Assembly (NCBI GenBank): GCA_048886685.1
Contig: JBHLKM010000014.1
Location: 1-64,000, forward strand
Reading direction: 5' to 3'
Source: Candidatus Hodarchaeota archaeon
GTDB taxonomy: Archaea > Asgardarchaeota > Lokiarchaeia > Sigyniarchaeales > SOKP01
DNA: 64,000 nt
The position numbers and the translations under genes were made by a program. The stretch's first letter is position 1. Every line of letters starts with the position of its first letter. The notes under the pieces are model-generated. The model was given only the letters and a program-made list of their open reading frames with translations, did not search any database and was not told the origin of the DNA. Below are positions 36,665 to 47,458 of this stretch, in pieces.

Positions 36665-37969
36665 TTATGTAACCTCCATTGATGATTCTTTAACAGTTTT
36701 AGATGGTGAACTAAGTGTCATTAATAATAACTCACTAATATCGTAGAATCTTAAACTAGAACCTTTTTCATTTATTCCATCTTTTAAGTTTGTGGAACAA
36801 AAAGGGCATGCTGAAGAGATTGTATCTGCTCCAGTGTCTTCGGCTTCTTCAATCCGAGTTTTTGCTGTTTTAGTAGCAAATTCTGGAAATGCTGATTTTA
36901 CTCCACCCCCCGCACCGCAACAGTATGAAAATTCTTTATTCCTTTCCATCTCGACAAGTTTTAATCCCGGGATTTTCTTTAGAACTTCTCTTGGAGCTTC
37001 ATATATGCCATATGTTCCACATCTTTTAGGTTTTTCAGGCATATTAATAGATACTAAAGGTATTAATTCTAAAACATCTCCCTCCCAACCATCATATATT
37101 TCTGAATTACGCCCTAAATGACAAGGATCATGATATGTCACAGTATAAGGAACTTGGTTATTTAATTGCAGTTTAGAACCTGTGATCAATTCATTAAATA
37201 ATTCAGTTGTGTGAAATATTTTGAAATTGTAGCCCTTTTCTAAAGGATAATATACCTTAAAAGTATTATAACAACCTGCACAACTAAAAACAACAGTCTC
37301 AATTCCAGCCTTTTCAATGATATCAATATTTTTGGTTAATTGTTCTACAAATGAAATTTTATCTCCAGTTCTTAGAACAGGACTTCCACAACAAAATTCA
37401 TTTCCATCAAGAATTTTAAATGTATAATTAGCAGCATTCAATACACGAGCAGTAGCTATTGCTATTTCTTTTCTCCTATAAGAAGAAGTGCATCCTACGA
37501 AATATAGTGTCTTTGCATTAGGATCAATCTCGATATCTTTAGGGAGCCAATCTATTCTTTTTGAATGTGGTTCATTATAGGGATTATGATTGTTCTTCAC
37601 AGCTTCAATATATTGTTGATGTTTTGGCATTGGTCCATAACCCATTGAAACTAGCTTTTCTCTGAGTTTACTTATAATTTCAAGCGGTTCTAAAGTGTTT
37701 AAGAATTTACACGACACTGCACATCCTCCACATTCGGTACATTTATATACAATATCCCGTATTTCTTTGGAGGGTTTTACTCTTCCCATTTCTAAAGCTA
37801 GGGCTAAAACAATCCGCCCACCACCACTATATGCATGATAATTAAATAGATCTATAGATGGGCAAATTGTTGCGTATTTTTGGCTTTTAATTTGTAGTTG
37901 TGGAATCCACTTACATATTGAGCAGCGGAGACAGCGTTGTATCATTTGCTGATATTCTTGTTCTTTCAC
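36665..37969 (-). CDS. Fe-S oxidoreductase with two CCG domains (HdrD/GlpC/GlcF-like)
   Basis: CLRCSIC, CTECGGCAVSC, FVGC, CCG, YHDPCHLGR, CCGAGGG, ACPFC. Confidence 0.9.
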   Translation of the reverse strand: MKEQEYQQMIQRCLRCSICKWIPQLQIKSQKYATICPSIDLFNYHAYSGGGRIVLALALEMGRVKPSKEIRDIVYKCTECGGCAVSCKFLNTLEPLEIISKLREKLVSMGYGPMPKHQQYIEAVKNNHNPYNEPHSKRIDWLPKDIEIDPNAKTLYFVGCTSSYRRKEIAIATARVLNAANYTFKILDGNEFCCGSPVLRTGDKISFVEQLTKNIDIIEKAGIETVVFSCAGCYNTFKVYYPLEKGYNFKIFHTTELFNELITGSKLQLNNQVPYTVTYHDPCHLGRNSEIYDGWEGDVLELIPLVSINMPEKPKRCGTYGIYEAPREVLKKIPGLKLVEMERNKEFSYCCGAGGGVKSAFPEFATKTAKTRIEEAEDTGADTISSACPFCSTNLKDGINEKGSSLRFYDISELLLMTLSSPSKTVKESSMEVT

Positions 37970-38145
37970 TGAGGTAGAAACTCCCTAAAATTTCTCAGAG
38001 ATCAATAATTTTAATTAGAAAATTACTCAAATTTAATGAAATTAGTAATTATTAATTGAATAAAACTGTATCTATTAACTATTTCAAATACAATTTTTGA
38101 ATATTTTCTAATTTAAGATGAGATAGAGATAAAAAATTAAGAAAT

Positions 38146-39018
38146 CTATTCGATTTCTAATAATTGCTCCCAATATTTTTTTATATCCCACTCTTTGTTT
38201 GCCTGAATTTTTGACGCGATTTTGCTAAGAACATCTCGAATCATTTTCGATTGTAGGTAATGAGAATTGGGAGTTATTGCACAAAGCATAAACGTTCCTG
38301 CTTCATCTTGCGAATTAAATTTCATTTTATCGACTAATGCATAAGCGTCTACTAAATCTCTAACTACTCTGAGTGTAAATTGACTTGATTCTGACAATTC
38401 CTCGAATTTATACATTTTTATTAATGTAGAATATAATTGAGATGTAAGTTCTTTGAGATTAAGTAAAGGAATTTCGTTTTTAGGATAATAATCATTTAAA
38501 ATTGGCTTAGGTTCACTTTTCCATGTCATATGGAAGATGTAAAAGAAATCAGCTCTATGATGTCTCTTTAGAGATGGTTCCTCATATTTCAATATCTCTT
38601 TTAATTCTTCTTGTAAAATCTTGGAATCTTCAGTAATTTTGATGTTTTTCTTAATTGTCTTTTTGATTCTTTTTAACAATTCTTTAGCTTTAAAAGGTTT
38701 TGTAATGTAATCATCTGCTCCAAGCATTTTACCAAATCTTACATCATCAGGTTCAGCTTTGCCTGATAAAAAGTAGAAAGGAATCCTTGACCAATCGGAA
38801 TTTTCTGCTACCTTCATGTAGAAATCATAACCATCCATTTTTGGCATTAAGATATCACTTATGATAAGATCTGGTAGAGATTCAATATTTGAGAGAATTT
38901 CTAGTCCTTCTTTCCCGTCAGAAGCAGAAATTAATTTAAAATCATTCATTTCCATGAATATTTTTAAATTTTGGACAAGAACATCATCATCTTCGACTAA
39001 AAAGACAGTATGTTCCAT
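38146..39018 (-). CDS. Response-regulator receiver domain fused to a longin/uDENN-like domain
   Basis: REC domain: VEDD, DLIISDILMP, LSG, YITKPF. The C-terminal alpha/beta domain starts IFHMTW...PILNDYYP. Confidence 0.8.
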   Translation of the reverse strand: MEHTVFLVEDDDVLVQNLKIFMEMNDFKLISASDGKEGLEILSNIESLPDLIISDILMPKMDGYDFYMKVAENSDWSRIPFYFLSGKAEPDDVRFGKMLGADDYITKPFKAKELLKRIKKTIKKNIKITEDSKILQEELKEILKYEEPSLKRHHRADFFYIFHMTWKSEPKPILNDYYPKNEIPLLNLKELTSQLYSTLIKMYKFEELSESSQFTLRVVRDLVDAYALVDKMKFNSQDEAGTFMLCAITPNSHYLQSKMIRDVLSKIASKIQANKEWDIKKYWEQLLEIE

Positions 39019-39147
39019 AATTAATAACCTTGTTACTTAAAAGTGCAATATTAAGACTCCTCTATAATAAAAGAATAGATATTTAATATTTATGAAAATG
39101 AAAATCTTTTAAATCCTTATATTAAAAATTATAATTAGAGCTTCAAA

Positions 39148-40608
39148 TTAATCGTCAAAACATAAAACTCCGGGATTTAATATATTATTAGGGTCAAATA
39201 TCTTTTTTACCTTTTTTAAAGCAGTTTGTGTTGAATTCCTATGTCTTTTGAACACTTCTTCTGCCCATAAACCATAAGGCCGATTGAAAAAAGCACCCTT
39301 TTCCATGAGTTTAACACTGAGATCCATATATTTTCCCTTTACAATTTCTAATGGCTTATCTTTAGGATCATAATAAATGTCAAATTCGCAATGGTAAGAC
39401 GTTCCTTGATTTATAGCTTGGATATAAACTCCAAGATCTTCAGACACTTCCATTTCTACCAAATGTATATATTCAGAAATCTTTTCATAATTCGCAATAA
39501 AGAAAATATCTTGAAAGCTTCCTTTTAATCTACATCTCCATGGATTGGAAGTTGAGTTTTTTAAAGCATAAATAATTTCACTCTCACTTATAACACTTTC
39601 CTTTTTCAAATAGTCAAGTTCAAGGTCACTCAAAATATCATTTAAATCTCCATTTTGATATGCAATTTTATCATTTGCCAATTTACCGCGACCTGCTAAA
39701 ATAAATATTAAGTTCCATTTAGACAAAGAATTAATTAATTCTAAGATATCCTCAGATACTTGTTTAACCAAACAAGCTAAATTGATATTATTTAAAATTA
39801 ACAATTCATCACCTAACCTGAATTTTAATAATTCATGTTGAAGTTTCAATAAATCTAAAATGTCTTCTGCTTGAAAATGGACAACTTTTTGAACTGTAGG
39901 CATTAGTTCTAACTTAAGAGTAGCCCATGTTACAATTCCTAAACTACCTTGAGCACCTTGTATTAATCTAAAGGGACTAAATTGAGTCGGCCCCATTGGA
40001 TTTGCCTGTGCTTGCCCAGTTTTTCTTTGTTGCTTTATTGTTCCAGGACCCGCAGCAGTGCCCGTTCTAAAAAGATCTCCTGTCCCAAATACTACTTCAG
40101 TGCACAATAAAGGATCAGAACTATCCCATTGATACCGAGGGATTGTCGTTGGCACTCTTTCTAATGCTGCCATAAGAACAGATTTACCATCTCTAGGATA
40201 AAGAGGTTGTAAAAGCCTCAAACCTTTTTTTTCGAGGATTGGAATTAATTGACCAAATGATACTCCGGGTTCCACCATTATGACTCTATTCTTCCTATCG
40301 ATGCTGAGGATTCTGTTCATCCTGGAAAGATCAATTATTATAGAATTGTCTCTTAATGGAATAGTATCTCCATGATAACGTATAGGTGAACTTGAACTTA
40401 TCGGAATAACTGAAAATCCCAGTTCATTTGCTAATTTTAATATTTGTTCGATTTGTTTAGTCTTATTTAACCAAACAATATAATTTGGTATTTTTCCTTC
40501 AACAAAACTTAAATCTGTAGAATAGCTTTCTAATAACTCTGATTCATTTGATATGAATTTCGAACCACAGATTTTGACTAGTTTTTGGTATATCAGTTCT
40601 TCACTCAT
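39148..40608 (-). CDS. FAD-binding oxidoreductase (VAO/PCMH/GlcD family)
   Basis: IDLSRMNRI, VEPGV, GAQGSLGIVT, KKIFDPNNILNPG. Confidence 0.85.
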   Translation of the reverse strand: MSEELIYQKLVKICGSKFISNESELLESYSTDLSFVEGKIPNYIVWLNKTKQIEQILKLANELGFSVIPISSSSPIRYHGDTIPLRDNSIIIDLSRMNRILSIDRKNRVIMVEPGVSFGQLIPILEKKGLRLLQPLYPRDGKSVLMAALERVPTTIPRYQWDSSDPLLCTEVVFGTGDLFRTGTAAGPGTIKQQRKTGQAQANPMGPTQFSPFRLIQGAQGSLGIVTWATLKLELMPTVQKVVHFQAEDILDLLKLQHELLKFRLGDELLILNNINLACLVKQVSEDILELINSLSKWNLIFILAGRGKLANDKIAYQNGDLNDILSDLELDYLKKESVISESEIIYALKNSTSNPWRCRLKGSFQDIFFIANYEKISEYIHLVEMEVSEDLGVYIQAINQGTSYHCEFDIYYDPKDKPLEIVKGKYMDLSVKLMEKGAFFNRPYGLWAEEVFKRHRNSTQTALKKVKKIFDPNNILNPGVLCFDD

Positions 40609-40755
40609 GATAAGTTTTCTTTTATTAAAACTTCTTGCTACGTAAAATATTTCAATCTATTAAGATATTGTCAAAAAAAGACTAAATTTTATATAATTGG
40701 AAGACACTATTTAACAATTATATTTCTAATAAGAATTAAAAAAAATGAAATTCAA

Positions 40756-42165
40756 ATGATTAAATATGATATAATAATTGTGGGTGCTGGACCAGGAGGT
40801 TCTGTTGCTGCGAAAACTGCTGCAGAAAAAGGTCTAAAGACCGTTTTTTTTGAGCGCGGTCGTAAGCCTGGTGAAAAAAACTCTTCAGGGTGCGGATTGG
40901 GGCCAAGAATGTTCAGAGATTTTCCTGAAATGATGAAAGATTTAACATCAGAGAAATGCCCTTCTATGCGTGCGGGAGTTGCGGCTCGAAATTATTTTGT
41001 TAATAAAGATGACATCGTTGCAGGATATATCATGGCCCGTCCAACTGAGTCTGTATCATATGAGCCAGCAAAAAGTTGGATTACGATGAACGTGTATCGT
41101 AGTGAGTTTGATCCTTGGATTGCTAAATTTGCAACGGATGCAGGAGCAGAGCTAAAAACTTCTACGTTGATTGTAGATTTATTAAAAGAGAATGGAAAGG
41201 TGTCTGGTGTCATTGACGATAAAGGTGAGAAGTATAAGGCACCTATAGTTATTGGTGCAGATGGTGCCGTCTCAACTGTTGCACAGAAATCAGGATTAAG
41301 ATCCAAATGGTCTCAAAATCAAGTAACACTTACTCTTCAATATGATTTTCATGCCCCTTCAGAAAAAATTGATGACATTATGGGTGATGAGACTCTTGCT
41401 GTATGGTGGGGCTCAACATTTCCAGCATCTTATCAGGTTTTTTTTAATGATGGGTTTCACCAAGGTTTGGGGAATTGGATGACATGGTGGGATAAGAATC
41501 CATTGTACTACTTAAATAGAGTTATAAATTTAAAATATTATAAAAGATTACTAAGAATTCTTGAAGCTAAACAACGCGAGCTTCAAGCACATTTACTTCC
41601 TTGGTTAGATTATCCTTACAATACCCATACTGATGGAATTATTTTGATTGGTGATGCCGGGGGTTTTCCCTGTCCCCTCGAAGCAGAAGGTATATATCCC
41701 GCTATGGTAACAGGTAAAATTGCTGCAGAAGTAGCAGCTGAAGCAACATCATCTGGGGATTTTACAAAAGATTCATTAAAAAAGTTTGATAAAAAATGGA
41801 AAAATACAAGTATCGGGGAAGAATTTGAAGCAGGGAGTGAGTTATGGAATATTTGGAAGGCGTTACCTTTTAGCCCAAATGAAACAATGTCATGGTTTGT
41901 ACCGATGATTATGGAGATTTTTGGGGGAATATTCGATTGGTCTCAACCACATGCTAAGCGAGTTAGACAAATAGTAGGCCATGTGAGATCATATATGCCA
42001 AAAGCAACACCTTTCATAATGAAGTATGTATTTCCATTAGTCGCAAAGATTTTTGAGGAAGATTTAGATAAACTTATGGATCCAAAGAAAATTATGAAAG
42101 TTCTACCTAAAGTTTTAGACATGCTTCCTCAAAAAAATAAGAGGAGAGGTGGTCAAGCGAAATGA
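40756..42165 (+). CDS. FixC/geranylgeranyl-reductase family flavoprotein
   Basis: VGAGPGG, RSEFDPW, GADG, IGDAGG, EGI. Likely start is ATG 40756. Confidence 0.85.
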   Translation: MIKYDIIIVGAGPGGSVAAKTAAEKGLKTVFFERGRKPGEKNSSGCGLGPRMFRDFPEMMKDLTSEKCPSMRAGVAARNYFVNKDDIVAGYIMARPTESVSYEPAKSWITMNVYRSEFDPWIAKFATDAGAELKTSTLIVDLLKENGKVSGVIDDKGEKYKAPIVIGADGAVSTVAQKSGLRSKWSQNQVTLTLQYDFHAPSEKIDDIMGDETLAVWWGSTFPASYQVFFNDGFHQGLGNWMTWWDKNPLYYLNRVINLKYYKRLLRILEAKQRELQAHLLPWLDYPYNTHTDGIILIGDAGGFPCPLEAEGIYPAMVTGKIAAEVAAEATSSGDFTKDSLKKFDKKWKNTSIGEEFEAGSELWNIWKALPFSPNETMSWFVPMIMEIFGGIFDWSQPHAKRVRQIVGHVRSYMPKATPFIMKYVFPLVAKIFEEDLDKLMDPKKIMKVLPKVLDMLPQKNKRRGGQAK

Positions 42166-42431
42166 AAATTGACATTGAAAGTCTAACTAAAAGAATTCCT
42201 GGAACTGGAGATTTTATTTCAATTGACCATCTAAAATGTAACAATTGTGATAGTTGTTTATCTGTATGTATAATGAGTCTATGGCGAAAAAAAGAGGGAA
42301 AAATATATATTGTTGAAGATTATCGATCAAAGTGCCTAGAATGTGCTGCTTGTTTCCAAGTATGTGATGCTGGTGCGATAATGTTTAGATATCCTGCTGG
42401 AGGCACGGGTATTGTAATTGAAAAAGGATAA
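42162..42431 (+). CDS. FixX-like ferredoxin
   Basis: CNNCDSCLSVC, CLECAACFQVC, YPAGGTG; overlaps the FixC-like stop codon. Confidence 0.85.
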   Translation: MKIDIESLTKRIPGTGDFISIDHLKCNNCDSCLSVCIMSLWRKKEGKIYIVEDYRSKCLECAACFQVCDAGAIMFRYPAGGTGIVIEKG

Positions 42432-42459
42432 ATAAGGAAAACCAAAAAAGAAAAAATCT

Positions 42460-43341
42460 TTATATCTTAATGTTCAACTTATTCTTTAATTCTTTATATC
42501 TTGATCGAAGTGTAACTTCTGTCACCCCAATCGAACTTACTATTTGTTGCTGAGTGATTTCTAAATCTTTAATCCTACATGCTAAATAGATTGCTCCAGC
42601 ACATAATCCCTTTGGGTCTTTTCCACTGATTGAAAAATTAGAAATATAAGTTTTTAAAATTTTTTTTGTTAAAACCTCAATTTCCGAATCTAATTCCAAG
42701 TCTGAAATATATCGTGGAACAAGTGCTATTGGATCGGTTGACTGGGTTTTAAAGTTCAATTCACGTGTTAATACACTGATACACCTTCTTACATCTTTGG
42801 CTGTGACTGAAGCTTCTTTTAAAATTTCTTGAAGGGTTCTGGGGATATCCTTTTTTCTGCAAGCTAAGTATAAACAGGCAGCAACCATAGCATTTATTGA
42901 TCTCCCACGAAGTAATTTTCTTTTAAAAGCTTCAATATATAACCGCATAGCTTCTTCTCTAACATGATTAGGTAAATTAATATTACTGCTTATTCTTTTT
43001 AATTCAGTAGACGCAATTAATAAATTCCGCTTTTGCCAAGTTATTCGTGTATTCCACTTTGCAGCTCTTTTTAAATCAGGATTAGTTATTTTATTTTTAT
43101 CTATTACTGTACTTAAACCCATATCAGGCAATAAAATTGAAATTGGAGCTCCTGTTTGCTCTCGGTTATTTTTCTCTTGATTAGTGTAAGCTCTTTTCCC
43201 ACTGTGATAATTATCAACTAATCGCTCATTAATTATTAAACCGCATTGTCCACATACAGTTTCTCCTTTCTTCTCAATAAAAATAATTGAACCCCCACAT
43301 TCAGGGCATAAATTTGATTTTTTACTTATATTTACTACCAT
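42460..43341 (-). CDS. tfb: Transcription initiation factor B (divergent paralog)
   Basis: CPEC...CGQC Zn ribbon, RGRS, PRTL, GKDPKG, GVTEVTLRSRYKE. Confidence 0.92.
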   Translation of the reverse strand: MVVNISKKSNLCPECGGSIIFIEKKGETVCGQCGLIINERLVDNYHSGKRAYTNQEKNNREQTGAPISILLPDMGLSTVIDKNKITNPDLKRAAKWNTRITWQKRNLLIASTELKRISSNINLPNHVREEAMRLYIEAFKRKLLRGRSINAMVAACLYLACRKKDIPRTLQEILKEASVTAKDVRRCISVLTRELNFKTQSTDPIALVPRYISDLELDSEIEVLTKKILKTYISNFSISGKDPKGLCAGAIYLACRIKDLEITQQQIVSSIGVTEVTLRSRYKELKNKLNIKI

Positions 43342-43375
43342 TCCTACAATTCTAACTCCTTAATTTTAATATTTT

Positions 43376-44404
43376 TTACATACCTATTGCTTGTAATTTT
43401 ACTAACAATTCCTTTTGGTTTTTATCTAATTTTTTTGGAACTTTTATTTTAATTTTAATAAATAAATTACCTCTTTGTTCTGAATTAATTTTATAAAATC
43501 CTTGATTTTTTAACCTTAGTAATGATGATTCATTAGTTCCTGGAGGAATTGATACATTCAAAGTTTTTTCTATCCCTTTTACTTGAATTTTTCCACCAAA
43601 TACAGCAGTGGTAAAGGGTACTTCTTGATCAATATAAATATCATCATTTTTTCTTTCAAAAATTGGATGCTTTTTAATATGTATTGCTATATATAGATCA
43701 CCAGGGATTCCTCCATTCTCCCCAAGCATTCCTTTTCCTTTTAGACGTAATTTTTGATCGTCTTTAATTCCTCTTGGAATATTTACATTCAAATTTTTAA
43801 TTTGTCCAGATACTGGATCTTTATACTGAACTTTTTTCTTGCCACCATAAAATGCATCCATAAAATCGATTTCCATATCATATCTTAAATCATCTCCTTC
43901 TCTTGGATAATTACCGAAAGGGGATGATCTTGCTCTTGTACTTCCTCCTCCTCTTCTATTAAAAACATCAAAAATATCTCCTAAATCATTAAAAAAATCA
44001 AAACCCTCATTGCCACCTCCCGAATTTCTATCATTACCGAAAATCTCACTAAAATCAAATCCCCCAGGTGAACCAGATGTAGAATAGTAATATGTTGTTC
44101 CATCTGGACTTCGATATGTTCTTCCTCCCCCAGTATTACCAAAACCTCCAGGACCACCAGGCCATTGTTGATATGATGATGGATCTCCTTCCACAACACC
44201 GAACTTATCATACATTTCTCTCTTCTTATCATCACTCAAAATACTATAGGCTTCGTTGATTTCTTTAAATTTATCTCCTGATTTAGGTTCATCGGGATTA
44301 ACGTCTGGATGATACTTACGAGCCATTTTTCGGAATGCTCTTTTAATTTCTTCTTTTGAAGCATTCTTTGTTATTCCTAATACTTTATAATAATCCTTAG
44401 CCAT
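43376..44404 (-). CDS. dnaJ: DnaJ class II (J domain, G/F-rich region, C-terminal domain, no zinc finger)
   Basis: KDYY, HPD motif, G/F-rich linker, PGDLY. Lacks CxxCxGxG repeats. Confidence 0.9.
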   Translation of the reverse strand: MAKDYYKVLGITKNASKEEIKRAFRKMARKYHPDVNPDEPKSGDKFKEINEAYSILSDDKKREMYDKFGVVEGDPSSYQQWPGGPGGFGNTGGGRTYRSPDGTTYYYSTSGSPGGFDFSEIFGNDRNSGGGNEGFDFFNDLGDIFDVFNRRGGGSTRARSSPFGNYPREGDDLRYDMEIDFMDAFYGGKKKVQYKDPVSGQIKNLNVNIPRGIKDDQKLRLKGKGMLGENGGIPGDLYIAIHIKKHPIFERKNDDIYIDQEVPFTTAVFGGKIQVKGIEKTLNVSIPPGTNESSLLRLKNQGFYKINSEQRGNLFIKIKIKVPKKLDKNQKELLVKLQAIGM

Positions 44405-44480
44405 CTTTTAACCCCTTTTTTAATATTATTCGTGTTAATTTTAATTAAAATAAATAAAAAAATGAAAAAAAAATTCAGAT

Positions 44481-46391
44481 TTATTCATACTCAGCATCCA
44501 CTACATCGTCTTGACCAGTTGCTCTCCTGAATTGCTCTTCTTCGATTTCATCTTGAGATCTTCCTTGGTATCCATAGTTAGCTCCGCCTGGCATATCTCC
44601 CATACCCCCGGGTGGTGTTCCTTGATAGGCTCCTTGAGTAGGTCCTTTTTGTTGTCCATAGATTCTTGCCGATACTTCATGTAATGATCTTTGTAATGCT
44701 TCAATTGCACTCTTTATCCTTCCTACATCATCAGATTCCATTGCGCTTCTTAAATCAGAAATCTTATCAAGGATATTTGATTTCAAATCTCCAATGACAG
44801 CTTCATTTTCTTTTAGTAGTTTTTCAGTTTGATAAATCAATGCTTCTCCTTGATTCTTAGACTCTGTAAGTTCCTTAAATTTCCTATCCTCTTCAGCATT
44901 TCTTTCAGCTTCACGAACTTTCTGCTCAATTTCATCATCAGACATCTTAGTTGATGCCGTAATCGTTATTGACTGACTTTTACCAGTACCAAGATCTTTT
45001 GCTGAAACATTTAAAATTCCATTTTGGTCGATATCAAATGATACTTCTATCTGTGGTACTCCCCTTGGTGCAGGTGGAATTCCAGTTAAATGAAATCTAC
45101 CTAATGTAATATTATCACTTGCACGTGGTCTCTCACCTTGTAATACATGGATTTCTACTGCTGGTTGATTATCTGCTGCTGTAGAGAATATTTGAGTCTT
45201 GTTCGTAGGAATCGTAGTGTTTCTTTCAATTAATTTTGTGAAAACAGAACCTAATGTTTCAACCCCTAATGATAATGGTGTCACATCTAGTAATAGTAAA
45301 TCTTCAACTTCACCAGTTAATACTCCACCCTGAACTGAAGCACCCATCGCAACACATTCCATTGGATCAATGCTACGTTCTGGTGCTTTACCTAGCAAAT
45401 CTTCGAATTTCTTCTGGATTACCGGCATTCTGGTAGGTCCACCTACTAAAATAATTTTATCAATTTGACCTCTTGCTATTCCCGCATCTCTTAAAGCCTT
45501 TAAAATTGGTGCGTCCAATCTCCTTAAAACTGGATCAATTAATTGCTCTAATTTAGCCCTTGTAAGTGTCATATTAAGATGTTTTGGACCATCACTTGTA
45601 GCTGTTATGTAAGGTAAATTAATATCCGTTGATACTGATGTTGATAATTCAATTTTAGCTTTTTCGGCTGCTTCACGAACTCTTTGTAATGCCATCGAAT
45701 CGCTTTTTAAATTAACTCCTTGTTCCTTTTGAAATTCTGATACTAAGAAATCTACTAAGATTTTATCCATATCAGTACCACCTAACTGCGTATCACCTGC
45801 AGTTGAGATTACCTCAAATACTTGATTATCCATCTCCATGATTGTGACATCAAATGTTCCACCACCTAAATCCAATACAGCAATTTTTAAGCTCACATTT
45901 TTCTTATCCAATCCATAAGCTACTGCTGCGGCTGTTGGTTCGTTAATTAAACGCTTTACATTTAATCCCGCGATCCTTCCCGCATCTTTAGTAGCCTGTC
46001 TTTGATTATCATTAAAGTAAGCTGGAACTGTGATTATTGCTTCAGTAACTTCTTCTCCTAAATATGCACTCGCATCTTCCTTAATTTTCCTAAGGATCAT
46101 AGCTGAAATCTCTTGAGGTGTATAGTCTTTACCATCTATTTTTACTGTATAACTTGTTCCCATTTTTCGCTTTATTGCTGTAATCGTACGATCTGGATTT
46201 GAGATTGCCTGCCTTCTTGCTGGTTCTCCTATAAGTCTTTGTCCATCCTTAGTAAATGCAACCACTGATGGAAAAGCCTTACCTCCTAATGTTAACCCTT
46301 CCGCACTTGGAATTATTGTTGGTTTCCCACCAATTAATACCGCTGCTGCTGAGTTTGAAGTTCCTAAGTCAATTCCTATTATTTTTCCCAT
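44481..46391 (-). CDS. dnaK: Chaperone DnaK (Hsp70)
   Basis: [41 protein letters not shown]. Confidence 0.98.
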   Translation of the reverse strand: MGKIIGIDLGTSNSAAAVLIGGKPTIIPSAEGLTLGGKAFPSVVAFTKDGQRLIGEPARRQAISNPDRTITAIKRKMGTSYTVKIDGKDYTPQEISAMILRKIKEDASAYLGEEVTEAIITVPAYFNDNQRQATKDAGRIAGLNVKRLINEPTAAAVAYGLDKKNVSLKIAVLDLGGGTFDVTIMEMDNQVFEVISTAGDTQLGGTDMDKILVDFLVSEFQKEQGVNLKSDSMALQRVREAAEKAKIELSTSVSTDINLPYITATSDGPKHLNMTLTRAKLEQLIDPVLRRLDAPILKALRDAGIARGQIDKIILVGGPTRMPVIQKKFEDLLGKAPERSIDPMECVAMGASVQGGVLTGEVEDLLLLDVTPLSLGVETLGSVFTKLIERNTTIPTNKTQIFSTAADNQPAVEIHVLQGERPRASDNITLGRFHLTGIPPAPRGVPQIEVSFDIDQNGILNVSAKDLGTGKSQSITITASTKMSDDEIEQKVREAERNAEEDRKFKELTESKNQGEALIYQTEKLLKENEAVIGDLKSNILDKISDLRSAMESDDVGRIKSAIEALQRSLHEVSARIYGQQKGPTQGAYQGTPPGGMGDMPGGANYGYQGRSQDEIEEEQFRRATGQDDVVDAEYE

Positions 46392-46410
46392 ATTACATCA
46401 CTCCTTTCTT

Positions 46411-47178
46411 TTAAATTTTAATTTTTTTATCTTGAATTATTTCTGTTTTTTCGTTTAAATTTTGTAATTTTGATTTCTTGGAAATCTTGACCTTCGCAGG
46501 TCTTAAAACCTTGTTATTTAAGAAATAACCTTTATCTAATACTTCTATTATTGTATTCTCAGGGAGATCATCTCGTTCCTCCTCGACCATTAAAGCTTCG
46601 TGCTTATATGGATCAAACTTCTGACCCTCTGAATCCATCCGTCGAACCCCTTCCTCATCCATTACTTTCTCGAAATTTTTGACGATGATTTCAAATCCTT
46701 TCTGGATTCCTTCCGCACCGTCAAGCATCTTTAAAAGATTCAAAGCACGTATGAGGTCATCGTAATGACTGACTAACTTCTTTAATAATCCCTCTAAAAC
46801 ATATTGTTTGTAATTTGAGTTTTCACGTTCTTGACGTTTCTTGTAATTGTCAAAATCTGCTCGAATCTGTAAGAGTGAACGCAAGAATTTTTCTTTTTCT
46901 TCCTCTAATTCCTTAAACTTTCGTGCATCCTCCTTCATGTCGTCAAGTTCTTTCATCAATTGATCATTCCACGTCTTTACTTTCTTGTGGTCTTCAACCA
47001 AGGCCTCATATTTTTCTGCTTTTGCCTTAAGTGTTTGATATTCTTTTTCTGTGATTGATACATTTTCTGATGATCTCTGTCGACCGTTAGATCCACGACC
47101 ATTAATAAATGTGTCAAAAAAATCCTCAAACATCATTGATCCTGCATCTCCCTTCTCTCTTCTTGACATATACATCAT
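46411..47178 (-). CDS. grpE: Nucleotide exchange factor GrpE with an N-terminal extension
   Basis: RADFDNYKKR, FDPYKHEA, GYFLNNKVLRPAKV. Confidence 0.93.
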   Translation of the reverse strand: MMYMSRREKGDAGSMMFEDFFDTFINGRGSNGRQRSSENVSITEKEYQTLKAKAEKYEALVEDHKKVKTWNDQLMKELDDMKEDARKFKELEEEKEKFLRSLLQIRADFDNYKKRQERENSNYKQYVLEGLLKKLVSHYDDLIRALNLLKMLDGAEGIQKGFEIIVKNFEKVMDEEGVRRMDSEGQKFDPYKHEALMVEEERDDLPENTIIEVLDKGYFLNNKVLRPAKVKISKKSKLQNLNEKTEIIQDKKIKI

Positions 47179-47458
47179 TTTTTAATTTTTTAATTATTTA
47201 AACTCTTTTTTTTTAATTTTTTTTTTGTTAGGAAATGTTTATTGTCAACCGCAACTTTACAAATCTTAATATAACAATATGAACTTACTTATATAAAGGT
47301 TTGGTTTTTGTAAAATAAGAGGAAAAGGAGTTAATAAAAATTGAATGAGGTTTTAACAAAAATTCCCTCTTAAATAAATAGTGGTCATATAAAAAAGAAG
47401 AAATTTTTACTAAAGATGCTAACTTTTAATTTTCAAGGATATTAGGAGTATTTTAACT

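Noticed and set aside
40585-40755. N-terminal extension of the FixC-like ORF (likewise 30679-30786, 49180-49245 and 4428-4508)
   Set aside because: These extensions run through promoter or overlapping DNA; family N-termini point to downstream ATGs
47179-47458. CIRCE/HrcA operator upstream of grpE
   Set aside because: TTAGCACTC-N9-GAGTGCTAA not seen
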